Shown in pieces: positions 40,782 to 49,499 of a DNA stretch of 64,000 nucleotides. Source of the DNA: Bacillota bacterium (lineage in GTDB: Bacteria; Bacillota; Clostridia; Peptostreptococcales; Anaerovoracaceae); NCBI GenBank assembly GCA_017404365.1, contig JAFRCM010000014.1, positions 34,884 to 98,883 of the forward strand. Reading direction: 5' to 3'. Within the stretch, counting starts at the first letter, position 1. Every line of letters starts with the position of its first letter. The position numbers were made by a program, and so were the translations under genes. The notes under the pieces are model-generated. The model did not search any database, was not told the DNA's origin, and was given only the letters and a program-made list of their open reading frames with translations.

Positions 40782-42134
40782 TCATTCACCCAGATTTTTT
40801 ATTTCTTTCTTGTAAAGCCATACGAAAGCGATGATCAGATACGCTGTTCCCAGGATTTCGGCCAGCGGGAACGCCCACCATACTGCGTTGAGCCCATACA
40901 GTTTTCCCAGAATATATGCAATTGGAAGTACACCAATCAGCTGACGTATCATGGAACTCCACAAGCTCATGAACCCGTGTCCTGTACCCTGAAATACGGA
41001 CGATGTCATGATTCCGTACGACGCCGGAAGGAAACACCAGCTGACAGCTCTCAGCGCCGGAATTCCGATATCATACATATCCTGATTGCCCTGAGCGTTG
41101 AACGCGCCGAGGATCTCGTGCGGGAACAGCTGGAATACTATAAGCCCTGCTGCCATTATCGCAAAGGCAAAGGCGAAGCCTTTTTTATACGCATCCATGA
41201 GCCGCTGCTTGTTCTTGGCTCCGTAGTTATATCCCATTATCGGGAGGACGCCCTGATTAAGTCCGAATACAGGCATGAAGATAAAGGACTGCAGTCTGCC
41301 GTATACGCCCATGACCGCTACAGCTGTTTCTGTGAACGAATTAAGAATCATGTTCATTCCAAACTGCATTACGGACGCTATGCACTGCATTAATATAGCC
41401 GGGAATCCGACAGCGTATATATCTCTGACGATGTGTCCCTGCCACTTGTAACCGCGCAACTTAACCCTGACCGGGTGCTTGCGGCCAAATAGCATGTATT
41501 GCCCCAGACACATTGCGAAGAACTGCCCTGTAATCGTTGCTACTGCAGCGCCTGCTACGCCCATCTCAGGAAAAGGTCCTATACCGAAGATGAGGAGCGG
41601 GTCAAGGGCAATGTTGAACACGCCTCCAAGAATACTGCAGAACATAGGCAAAATCATGTTGCCTGTTGCCTGAATGATCTTCTCTGTAAATACCTGTACG
41701 AACACAAAGAGCGAGCCTACCATGACGATGGTCATGTACTTAGTGCCCTCTTCCAGGATGTATGGAGTCTGGGTCATTACTTCCAGAATCGGACGAGACA
41801 GGAAGATACCGATCAGCGCGAATCCGGCCCAGTTGAAAAAAGCCAGACGATATCCATGACTGGCCGCCAGATTTGCCTCTTCGAATTTCCTCGCTCCAAG
41901 TCTTCTGGAAATCAGGGAATTGATGCCCACGCCTGTTCCGATTGCGCAGGACATCTGCACCATCTGCACCGGGAAAATGTATGTAATGGCTGCGAGAGCT
42001 TCTTCTCCCAGCCGCGCGACAAAAAAGCTGTCAACGATGTTGTACAGCGCCAGAATCATCATAGACAGTATCGCCGGCCATGACATGTTCAGTATTAATC
42101 TGCCAACGGGCATGGTGCCCATCTTGTTCTGCAT
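40782..42134 (-). CDS. MATE family efflux transporter
   Basis: ALYNIVDSFFV.RLG, NIALDPLLIFG...GVAGAAVAT, GYNYGAKN. Confidence 0.95.
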   Translation of the reverse strand: MQNKMGTMPVGRLILNMSWPAILSMMILALYNIVDSFFVARLGEEALAAITYIFPVQMVQMSCAIGTGVGINSLISRRLGARKFEEANLAASHGYRLAFFNWAGFALIGIFLSRPILEVMTQTPYILEEGTKYMTIVMVGSLFVFVQVFTEKIIQATGNMILPMFCSILGGVFNIALDPLLIFGIGPFPEMGVAGAAVATITGQFFAMCLGQYMLFGRKHPVRVKLRGYKWQGHIVRDIYAVGFPAILMQCIASVMQFGMNMILNSFTETAVAVMGVYGRLQSFIFMPVFGLNQGVLPIMGYNYGAKNKQRLMDAYKKGFAFAFAIMAAGLIVFQLFPHEILGAFNAQGNQDMYDIGIPALRAVSWCFLPASYGIMTSSVFQGTGHGFMSLWSSMIRQLIGVLPIAYILGKLYGLNAVWWAFPLAEILGTAYLIIAFVWLYKKEIKNLGE

Positions 42135-42193
42135 TATCTTTCTCCTGTTGCTCCACGGCTTTCAGCGCATTCGCCGTAAGTCCGATGTGAGTT

Positions 42194-42222
42194 ATTTTAT
42201 GCATTCCCGCCTCTGATGTCAA
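42194..42222 (-). promoter_or_regulatory. Near-consensus promoter TTGACA-N17-TAAAAT for the MATE gene
   Basis: Read directly from the sequence. Confidence 0.8.
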
Positions 42223-42316
42223 CGGGATAGCTGGCTTATTGTAACCTTGTGCCCCAAATTATTAAATTTCCTCACAAAATTGTGAGGGTCTAACGTCTGT
42301 AAATCCTGAAAACATT

Positions 42317-42362
42317 AAAAAACCCGCAGTTTTTACAACTTTTTTGCTCAAAAACTGCGGGA
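42317..42362 (-). terminator. Terminator-like hairpin after the heptad-repeat gene
   Basis: CCCGCAGTTTTT...AAAAACTGCGGG inverted repeat, followed by a T run on the minus strand. Confidence 0.65.
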
Positions 42363-42383
42363 TTCTTTAATCTGATGTAAAGA

Positions 42384-44300
42384 TTATTCTGTCATGTCGG
42401 TCTTGTAAATGAACTTGACGTTTCCGTCCATGCTTGAAGGCAGTTTTGTAAAGGTCTTGTAGCCTTTGCCTGCGTCGAGCATGCTGCGGGCGTCGTTGAG
42501 TGTGCCCTTCAGCTCGTCGTTGTACATGTCGACAATCTTCTTGATGCCCTGTTTGTAGAGTTTGGACATGCCCTGACGAAGTTTGTATGCGCCGTTATCG
42601 AGCTGATAAACGCCGTTCACCATAGTATCGGCACTGTTGTAGAGTTTATCCATGCCCTCGGCCAGCTGCTTGGCTCCTCCGGCAAGATTGACCTCACCGT
42701 CCTTCAGTTGTTTCGCGCCTGTATTGAGCAACGTGAGCTTTGGCTGCATCGCTGTAATGCTGTCGTTGACACCTGTCTGAAGGGTTTCGATACCACCGGT
42801 AACGGCAGTAGAACCGGCAAGCAGTTTATCCTCTCCGGCGACAGCATCATATGCGGCATCAAGTCCGGCGCCCAGTTGTCCTACGCCATTATAAATTTGG
42901 CTTTCCTCTCCTGTCAGAGCTGTCGCTGCGCTCTTAAGGCCGCTCTCAAGTCCAGATGCTGTTGCAGAAATGGTTCCGTTCTGCGTCTGTATTTCTGTGA
43001 GGTCACTGCCGATTGCATTCATGATTGCATAATATTGATCGTCATCGATCGTGTTATTTGTCTTCAATTCCGCGATCTTCGCTGAAATTTCTCTGCATGC
43101 CTCTGAAGAAGTGTCAGCATTGGAATCGAGACCTGCCGCGGTTGATGCTGCTCCCGTCAACTGCCCACTGACGGTCGTCAATCCAGTCTGGATAGCAGTT
43201 GCGCCGGCTCCCGCACCGTCCAGATTATCTTTCAGCTCGCCGAGTCCATTCGTAACCGCCTGGCTTCCCGCTTTGATGGTACCCAGATTCGTGCTGATCG
43301 TTTCCAGTTTTGACGGCAGGGATCCAGTCAGTTCTTCCATTCCGGCCGACAGGGTTTCAGCGCCTTTTTTCGCATCATTGGTGCCTTTCTCAAGAGCATC
43401 GGATCCGTCTTTCAGGCTCTTCACGCCTTGCTTCAAATCCGGCATCTTATCGGACAGTGCGTCGAGTCCCTTGTAGAGCTGATCACTGCCGTCGGCAAGC
43501 GCATTGGCGCCTTTGTCGAGCTGCTTGATCTCATCATCGTAATCCAGGTCGTCGATACTGTCGGAATCAATATCCTCGAAGAAGGCGTTGGTCACGATAG
43601 TCATCATGTCTTCCACGGCGAACTCCTCTGCATCGCCCGTGATGATCACGGTGCTGCCGATGCCGAGCTCCGATTCTCCGATACCCAGTGTCTGCGCCAG
43701 ACCAGGCGCTGCCATTCCGACCACCATGAGCTTTTCACCGTCATCGATGACCTTGCCTTTGCTTACCTTGATGTTCTTGAATGTCTCGTCGGTTACCATA
43801 AGACCCGTCATTACGATGAACGGTACTGTTGACCCTTCGTAGGTCGCGGTGTTCTCATAATGAATTCTTATCTCCACCTTGCCGCTCTTGCCCTGAAGCT
43901 CCGGACCGCTGACTACCTTGTCGTCGAGTCTGTAGGTCACATCCATGGTGACAGGAACTTCTTCAGTCGTTTTGCCCTGGTAGTAGATGCTGTTTCCGCC
44001 CGCATCCCAGGTCAGCGCGTCACCGTTCTGCTTGAAGGTCTCCTCGCCTTTGACATTCTCGATGTCGGACAGAGTCGTCTCATCTGAGATCGTCTTGACT
44101 TTGCCCTTGTTCACGAGATGGTCGCTGACAATTACATCCTGCTGCTCACCGGTGCTGTTAGTCACGACATACACCGTTTCCTCCTTGGAAACGCCTGTGT
44201 CCGCAGCGTATGCAAAGGCAGGAAGCCCGCACATCACAACCATCGTGAGCGCAGCTGTCACAATTGAAATTATTTTTCTGCTTATGGGTTTACTGGTCAT
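42384..44300 (-). CDS. Secreted YhgE/Pip-like protein with x-x-x-Leu-x-x-Gly heptad repeats (MMPL partner)
   Basis: Signal peptide ending AFAYA; KEETVYV..; repeats LADGSDQLYKGLDAL, LKDGSDALEKG, LAGGAKQLAEGMDKL. Start overlaps the MMPL stop (ATG at 44300). Confidence 0.75.
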   Translation of the reverse strand: MTSKPISRKIISIVTAALTMVVMCGLPAFAYAADTGVSKEETVYVVTNSTGEQQDVIVSDHLVNKGKVKTISDETTLSDIENVKGEETFKQNGDALTWDAGGNSIYYQGKTTEEVPVTMDVTYRLDDKVVSGPELQGKSGKVEIRIHYENTATYEGSTVPFIVMTGLMVTDETFKNIKVSKGKVIDDGEKLMVVGMAAPGLAQTLGIGESELGIGSTVIITGDAEEFAVEDMMTIVTNAFFEDIDSDSIDDLDYDDEIKQLDKGANALADGSDQLYKGLDALSDKMPDLKQGVKSLKDGSDALEKGTNDAKKGAETLSAGMEELTGSLPSKLETISTNLGTIKAGSQAVTNGLGELKDNLDGAGAGATAIQTGLTTVSGQLTGAASTAAGLDSNADTSSEACREISAKIAELKTNNTIDDDQYYAIMNAIGSDLTEIQTQNGTISATASGLESGLKSAATALTGEESQIYNGVGQLGAGLDAAYDAVAGEDKLLAGSTAVTGGIETLQTGVNDSITAMQPKLTLLNTGAKQLKDGEVNLAGGAKQLAEGMDKLYNSADTMVNGVYQLDNGAYKLRQGMSKLYKQGIKKIVDMYNDELKGTLNDARSMLDAGKGYKTFTKLPSSMDGNVKFIYKTDMTE

Positions 44301-46410
44301 CTGTATCTCCTTCCCGTACGAGGCGCCCATAATGATACGCGCCTTCAACTTGTTCAAACCCTCTGCTTGTTTTTATTATAATCTTATCTAACAGCACAAT
44401 CATGGCCGGAAGTATAAACATTACGACCAGCATGCTGACCGCTGCTCCTCTGGCCATGAAGAATACCATTGAGCTGATGATGTCTATGTCTGAATATACT
44501 GATACGCCGAATGTCGCCGCGAAGAATCCTATGGCGCTGACGCAAACCGACGGCATCGTCTTCATGTGGGCAACAGAAACCGCGTTCCTTGCGTCAAGTC
44601 CAGCGTTACGCTCCCGTTTATACCGGTTTGTGAACAGTATCGAGTAGTCGACGGTCGCGCCAAGCTGAATCGTGCTGATACATATCGAGTCTATGAACGA
44701 CATTACCGTTCCTGTGTAGAAAGGTATGCCCAGATTGATGAATATGGCCAGTTCAATGCATCCTACCAGTATTAACGGCAGCGACAGCGATTGAAGAACA
44801 AACAGTATTATCAGGAAAATCGCTCCGACGGAAACGGCAGTTACAATCTTGAAGTCTCTGTCCGTAACGTCGATAAGGTCCTTTGTACACGCCGACTCTC
44901 CGATGAGCAGGCTGTCCTTGTCATGGCTCTTGATTATCTTGTTTATCTGTACGAGCTGATTGTAAATCTCATCGCTCGCGACTTCATATTCCGTCGTTAC
45001 CAGGAGTAGCTGATGATTGTCACTCACCAGCGTGCCCTCAAGAGCGGATGGCAGTATCTCTTCCGGAACACTCGGGCCCAGAGCGCTCTGCATGCCGAGA
45101 ACGGCTTTAACTCCGTCAACATTCTCCAGATCGCTCATCATTTCCCGCACTTCTTTCTGCGGGATGTTGGAATCCAGCAGAATCATGTGCTGCGTCGCAA
45201 TACCGAAATCATCCCGAAGCATCTCATTGGATATGGCAAACGGCAGATCCTGCGGTACGCCCTCGTCCAGCTTGTAATAGGTCTCAGTATGTGTATAACC
45301 ATAAAGCGCCGGCGGCAGAAGCACGATAAACAGTATTATCAGGATTGCAGGTCTTCTGACGATGCCTTTTGACAGCTTTTCGAAATTTATCATCAGCGGT
45401 TTGTGCTTCGTCCTGAATATTGGTTTCTCAAGTCCGAGTATCAGCGCCGGCAGTATTGTTACGCTTGTGATTACTCCGATCAGTACTCCCTTCGCCATTA
45501 CGATGCCCAGATTCAGCCCGAGCGTGAATGTCATGAAGCAAAGAGCCAGGAATCCCGCGATCGTAGTGATCGAGCTTCCCGTTACCGAGACAAGAGTCTT
45601 GGCTATGGCGTTTGCCATGGCCTCTTCCCTGTCCATGCCCATATCAAACCTGTGCTCCTCGTAGCTGTGCCACAGGAATATGGAGTAGTCCATCGTTACA
45701 GCCAGCTGAAGAACCGCCGCTATTGCCTTTGTAATATATGAAATCTCACCCAGGAACAGATTGCTTCCCATGTTGAATATAATCGCCATACCGATTCCAA
45801 GTACGAATACTACGGAAACGAAGGCGGAGTCCATGAGGAGAGCCATGAGCAGCGTCGCCAGAACTACGGCTATAGCGACGTAAATCGGTTCCTCGTGTTC
45901 GGATACTTCCTTAAGGTCTGTTACAAAGGCACTCATGCCGCTTACGTAGCACTGTTTACCGCACTCTTTTCTTATTGCCTGAATAGCTTCAATGGATCCG
46001 ACGTCCGATGTAGGCGTGTCAAAGAATACAGCTGCCAGCTGAGTGTCCCCATCTTCATAGACATCCTTGATTTCATTCGGCAAGATGATATCCGGAACCT
46101 GAGGACCAAGAAGCGTGTCATAGGCAATTACGCTGTCAACATGATCGATATTCTCTATCTTCTGACAGCACTTGTCCATATCCTTATCGTCCATTCCCTT
46201 GAACATTACCATGGCGAATCCGCCCTTGTTGAATTCATCAAGGAGTATGTCCTGACCCTGAACTGTTTCCATGCTGTCAGGCAAGTAAAGAAGGACGTCA
46301 TAATTGACGCCTGTCTTAAGGAAACCAATAGCGGATGGAATCAGCAGAATCAATCCGATTATAAGGATAATTATTCTCTTTTTTACAACAGTTCTTCCGA
46401 ACTTGAGCAT
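44290..46410 (-). CDS. MMPL family (RND superfamily) transporter
   Basis: Two repeats of TM plus soluble domain; LQLAVTMDYSIFL and IQLGATVDYSIL motifs. Confidence 0.92.
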   Translation of the reverse strand: MLKFGRTVVKKRIIILIIGLILLIPSAIGFLKTGVNYDVLLYLPDSMETVQGQDILLDEFNKGGFAMVMFKGMDDKDMDKCCQKIENIDHVDSVIAYDTLLGPQVPDIILPNEIKDVYEDGDTQLAAVFFDTPTSDVGSIEAIQAIRKECGKQCYVSGMSAFVTDLKEVSEHEEPIYVAIAVVLATLLMALLMDSAFVSVVFVLGIGMAIIFNMGSNLFLGEISYITKAIAAVLQLAVTMDYSIFLWHSYEEHRFDMGMDREEAMANAIAKTLVSVTGSSITTIAGFLALCFMTFTLGLNLGIVMAKGVLIGVITSVTILPALILGLEKPIFRTKHKPLMINFEKLSKGIVRRPAILIILFIVLLPPALYGYTHTETYYKLDEGVPQDLPFAISNEMLRDDFGIATQHMILLDSNIPQKEVREMMSDLENVDGVKAVLGMQSALGPSVPEEILPSALEGTLVSDNHQLLLVTTEYEVASDEIYNQLVQINKIIKSHDKDSLLIGESACTKDLIDVTDRDFKIVTAVSVGAIFLIILFVLQSLSLPLILVGCIELAIFINLGIPFYTGTVMSFIDSICISTIQLGATVDYSILFTNRYKRERNAGLDARNAVSVAHMKTMPSVCVSAIGFFAATFGVSVYSDIDIISSMVFFMARGAAVSMLVVMFILPAMIVLLDKIIIKTSRGFEQVEGAYHYGRLVREGDTDDQ

Positions 46411-46435
46411 CAGTATCCTCCTTGCATGGTAATAC

Positions 46436-46498
46436 TAACTAATGCATGAGTTAGTTAAAACTTACAATAAAAACAGAGTGCACAAATTTTGTGCACTC
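46436..46498. promoter_or_regulatory. Two inverted repeats upstream of MMPL: TAACTAA-N8-TTAGTTA (46436-46457) and a perfect GAGTGCACAAA-T-TTTGTGCACTC (46476-46498)
   Basis: Read directly. The first is a candidate TetR operator; the second may be the tetR terminator because a T run follows on the minus strand. Confidence 0.55.
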
Positions 46499-46528
46499 AA
46501 CATAATTTGTCCAAATTGCCAAAATAAC

Positions 46529-47089
46529 TCAGATTGCCCTTTCGATGCTGTCCAGGAGATCTTTTTTTGTCCCGTCAAATACACTGTTGAAGAGATGAGC
46601 CAGTTCCTCTGGACTCTCCTTCATGTCACTGTCTATCCAGCTGATTACGGCGCCCTGCAGAGCGTTCTTGTAGAACTCAGCAGCGAGGGATAGCGTCCGT
46701 TCGCTGTATTCATCCTCTCCTGATTCCTCAGCGACGATTCCACGTACAAAATCATACACGACCGTATCGACAAACCTGTCCAGAGCCTCTCTGTCAACAG
46801 ACTTGTAAATGTGATTGATGGCCTTCTTGTTTTCATAAAAGAATCTCAGCTCATCAAAGAAGTTGTTTTCCCATGATTCCTCATCGTCGTGGGCGTTCAG
46901 AACCGCTTCGGTCTGCTCGACAAAGTACTTTGTGAGGACATCGTATTTGTCGTGGAAATGATAATAAAACGTATTTCTCGATATGCCGCAGGCCTCAGTC
47001 AGGTCTTTGACCGTGATTTTGTCTATGGTATGCGCTTTGAGCATTTCATTGAGAGTCTCAATTATTGCCCGTTCGGTAAAATTAGCCAT
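46529..47089 (-). CDS. TetR/AcrR family transcriptional regulator
   Basis: ITVKDLTEACGISRNTFYYHF.DKY helix-turn-helix. Confidence 0.93.
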   Translation of the reverse strand: MANFTERAIIETLNEMLKAHTIDKITVKDLTEACGISRNTFYYHFHDKYDVLTKYFVEQTEAVLNAHDDEESWENNFFDELRFFYENKKAINHIYKSVDREALDRFVDTVVYDFVRGIVAEESGEDEYSERTLSLAAEFYKNALQGAVISWIDSDMKESPEELAHLFNSVFDGTKKDLLDSIERAI

Positions 47090-47098
47090 TGTATTTCC

Positions 47099-48208
47099 CT
47101 ATTTCAGATTTTCAGGATTTAATCCTTCGAGTTCAGGAATTACGAAGATTCCGTCTTCCCTGATCAGAACATCGTCAAACCAGATCTTTCCGCCGCCGTA
47201 CTCCGGTCTCTGGATCATCACGAGATCCCAGTGATTTGCCGACTTGTTGCCGTTAGGCGCATCTTCGTAACACATTCCCGGTGTCAGGTGGAACGATCCG
47301 CAGATCTTCTCGTCGAACAGCGTATCCTTCATCGGATGGAGCACGTAAGGATTTACTCCGATAGCGAACTCGCCGAAGTATCTGGCTCCCTCGTCTACAT
47401 CCAGAAGCTCGTTAATGCGCTTGTCGTCATTGGATGTCGCCTTGACGATCTTGCCGTCCTTCACTTCAAACACTATGTTCTCATAGGTGAAACCCTGCTC
47501 CTCTGAAGGAGTGTTATATGAGATTATTCCGTTCATAGAGTCTCTTACCGGCGCGGTGTAAACCTCGCCGTCAGGAATGTTCATGTGTCCGTCGCATTTA
47601 ACCGCTCCGATTCCTTTGATTGAGAACGTAAGATCGGTTCCCGGACCTTCGATGTGAACCTTGTCTGTTCTGTCCATCAGTTCCTTAAGCGGGTCCATCG
47701 CTTTGCTCATCTTTCCGTAGTCCAGGGTGCAGACATCAAAGTAGAAATCCTCAAACTTTTCAAGGCTGCTGTTCGCCAGCTGAGCCATGGAGTAGTTCGG
47801 ATATCTGAGAACAACCCACTTGGTCTCGTTTACGCGGTAGTCCAGAGTCGGCCTTGTAAGCGTGCTGTAAAGGTTCATCTTTTCAGATGGCACATCAGAC
47901 ATCTCTGAGGTGTTGTTTCCTCCTCTTATAGCGATATAAGCCTGCATTCCTTTCATCTGAGCAAGATCTATCTCGTTCTTGAATTTTATCTGCTCCTCGG
48001 TGCAGCCGAGCAGGATCTCACGCGTTATCTGTGAGTCTCTTATCTCAACATGAGGCAGTCCGCCCTTCGCGTATACGTTCTTTATAAGCTGACGCGCAAG
48101 GTTTTTTGTCATTTCGCCTTCGTAGCTGATAAGCACATTGTCTCCCGGCTGGATGTCTGTTGAGTAATCCGTCAGCAGATCTGCCAGTTCTTTGATTCTT
48201 AAGTCCAT
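47099..48208 (-). CDS. Aminopeptidase (M29/AmpS-thermophilic family)
   Basis: NIPDGEVYTAP, GEFAIG.N, LFDEKI.GSFHL, SANHWDLV. Confidence 0.93.
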   Translation of the reverse strand: MDLRIKELADLLTDYSTDIQPGDNVLISYEGEMTKNLARQLIKNVYAKGGLPHVEIRDSQITREILLGCTEEQIKFKNEIDLAQMKGMQAYIAIRGGNNTSEMSDVPSEKMNLYSTLTRPTLDYRVNETKWVVLRYPNYSMAQLANSSLEKFEDFYFDVCTLDYGKMSKAMDPLKELMDRTDKVHIEGPGTDLTFSIKGIGAVKCDGHMNIPDGEVYTAPVRDSMNGIISYNTPSEEQGFTYENIVFEVKDGKIVKATSNDDKRINELLDVDEGARYFGEFAIGVNPYVLHPMKDTLFDEKICGSFHLTPGMCYEDAPNGNKSANHWDLVMIQRPEYGGGKIWFDDVLIREDGIFVIPELEGLNPENLK

Positions 48209-48235
48209 TTTCTGTTTCCTCTCTTCTTAGCCTAA

Positions 48236-49096
48236 CTATATTTCAACATGCAGAATATCTGTCATCTCAATTATTCCGCCCATGCCGATTTCAGTAACCT
48301 GACCGTCTTTCTTTATCACGGACGCGTGCAAAGTGCCGTCGGGCTGTCTGAATACATATTCAAATGTTCCATCGGTCTCCTCCGCGGCTTTTGCAAAAGC
48401 CGCGGCGGCGGTTCCGGAGCCGCAGCTGCCTTCGAAATACGTCGTATCGACATCCCTTACGTAAACCACAGGGGACATCAGATCTTTTTCCTCATTGATG
48501 AACATGACGCCGAAAGCATCCATTTCAGGATCCACATCTCTGTATATGAACTCCTTGATTCTGTCGAAGGTCTCTGCTTCCGGTTCTACGCCCGGGATAA
48601 TGATGTGTGAAATGCCATCGAAAACTACAAGCGGATAGGTTCCTTCGATTCCGACAGGTGTAGTGTCTATCATTTTAATGTCGACAGGCAGAGGCATCTG
48701 AATTACTGAATCACGTCCTTCTGCGTCGACAACAGCTGTGAGCGGATGCGGACATCCGCTGACGCTGACTTCTATCTTCTTCTTTCCGTCGGCTGTTTCT
48801 TCCCCTTCTCCGCAGAAGAGTACCCTGTAATAGGCAAATGATCTTGAAGCGTTGCCGCAGAATTCAAGTCCACACATCTCCATGATCGGTTCATTCCGTC
48901 CGCTGTCATCTTCAGGCACGATGTATGCCACCTGTTCGCCGTAGGCTGTTCCTCTCCAGCTGCAGTGCTCGTCAAAGTCTATCTCGAGCAGCCTTTTGGC
49001 AGTATCCGCATATTCGCTTCTAGGAACAGGCGTGAGCACCATTATCGTCGTATTGCCTGCGGGATCGAATACTATTAAATCAATTCCTCTAGTCAT
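48236..49096 (-). CDS. DapF-fold, PLP-independent amino-acid racemase, CntK/histidine-racemase-like
   Basis: DPAGNTTIMV, EQVAYI, MCGLEFCGNA, VSGC, QMP, EGSCGSGT, RQPDG; both catalytic Cys present. The ORF-track extension to 49399 runs through tRNA genes and is rejected. Confidence 0.82.
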   Translation of the reverse strand: MTRGIDLIVFDPAGNTTIMVLTPVPRSEYADTAKRLLEIDFDEHCSWRGTAYGEQVAYIVPEDDSGRNEPIMEMCGLEFCGNASRSFAYYRVLFCGEGEETADGKKKIEVSVSGCPHPLTAVVDAEGRDSVIQMPLPVDIKMIDTTPVGIEGTYPLVVFDGISHIIIPGVEPEAETFDRIKEFIYRDVDPEMDAFGVMFINEEKDLMSPVVYVRDVDTTYFEGSCGSGTAAAAFAKAAEETDGTFEYVFRQPDGTLHASVIKKDGQVTEIGMGGIIEMTDILHVEI

Positions 49097-49159
49097 ATCA
49101 GTGATCCTCATTCCCAATAATAAGTTCAATATGATAATAACACATTTTGCAGATTTGAT

Positions 49160-49188
49160 TTGCTTTTTTTGCATATGACGTTTACAAT
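49160..49188 (+). promoter_or_regulatory. Promoter TTGCTT-N17-TACAAT for tRNA-Arg
   Basis: Read directly from the sequence. Confidence 0.65.
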
Positions 49189-49198
49189 TAACCAGCAC

Positions 49199-49273
49199 GC
49201 CCTCATAGTTAAATGGATATAACACATCCCTCCGAAGGATGCGTTGTTGGTTCGATTCCGACTGGGGGCGCCA
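49199..49273 (+). tRNA. tRNA-Arg(CCG)
   Basis: GCCCTCA...CATCC-CT-CCG-AA-GGATG...GGTTCGATTCC...TGGGGGCG-CCA; 75 nt. Confidence 0.95.
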
Positions 49274-49292
49274 CAGATTAAAACAGATAAAC

Positions 49293-49321
49293 GAAAAACC
49301 CCGTAATGAGCGGGGTTTTTC
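49293..49321. terminator. Bidirectional terminator between the convergent tRNAs
   Basis: GAAAAACCCCG-TAATGAG-CGGGGTTTTTC. Confidence 0.85.
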
Positions 49322-49324
49322 ATT

Positions 49325-49413
49325 TGGCGGAAGCGGTGGGATTCGAACCCACGTGCCCCGGAGGACAACCGCATTTCGAGTGCGGCTCGTTATGACCACT
49401 TCGATACGCTTCC
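49325..49413 (-). tRNA. tRNA-Ser(CGA)
   Basis: GGAAGCG...CCGCA-CT-CGA-AA-TGCGG, long variable arm, GGTTCGAATCC, ends GCCA; 89 nt. Confidence 0.96.
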
Positions 49414-49499
49414 ATGCTCTGTAAATGTATCACAGCGGGATTAAGTATACCTTAAATCCCGCTGGACTTCAATGCTTATTTAATTGACCGATACAGCGG

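Noticed and set aside
42384-44300. Type VII secretion system inferred from the EsaA/Pip-like heptads
   Set aside because: No EssC/FtsK ATPase, WXG100 or EssB genes, and the protein lacks the C-terminal TM bundle of EsaA.
49097-49399. N-terminal 101-aa extension of the racemase ORF; also the 29758..30495 ORF
   Set aside because: Both run through tRNA genes, and homology of the racemase begins at MTRGID (49096).
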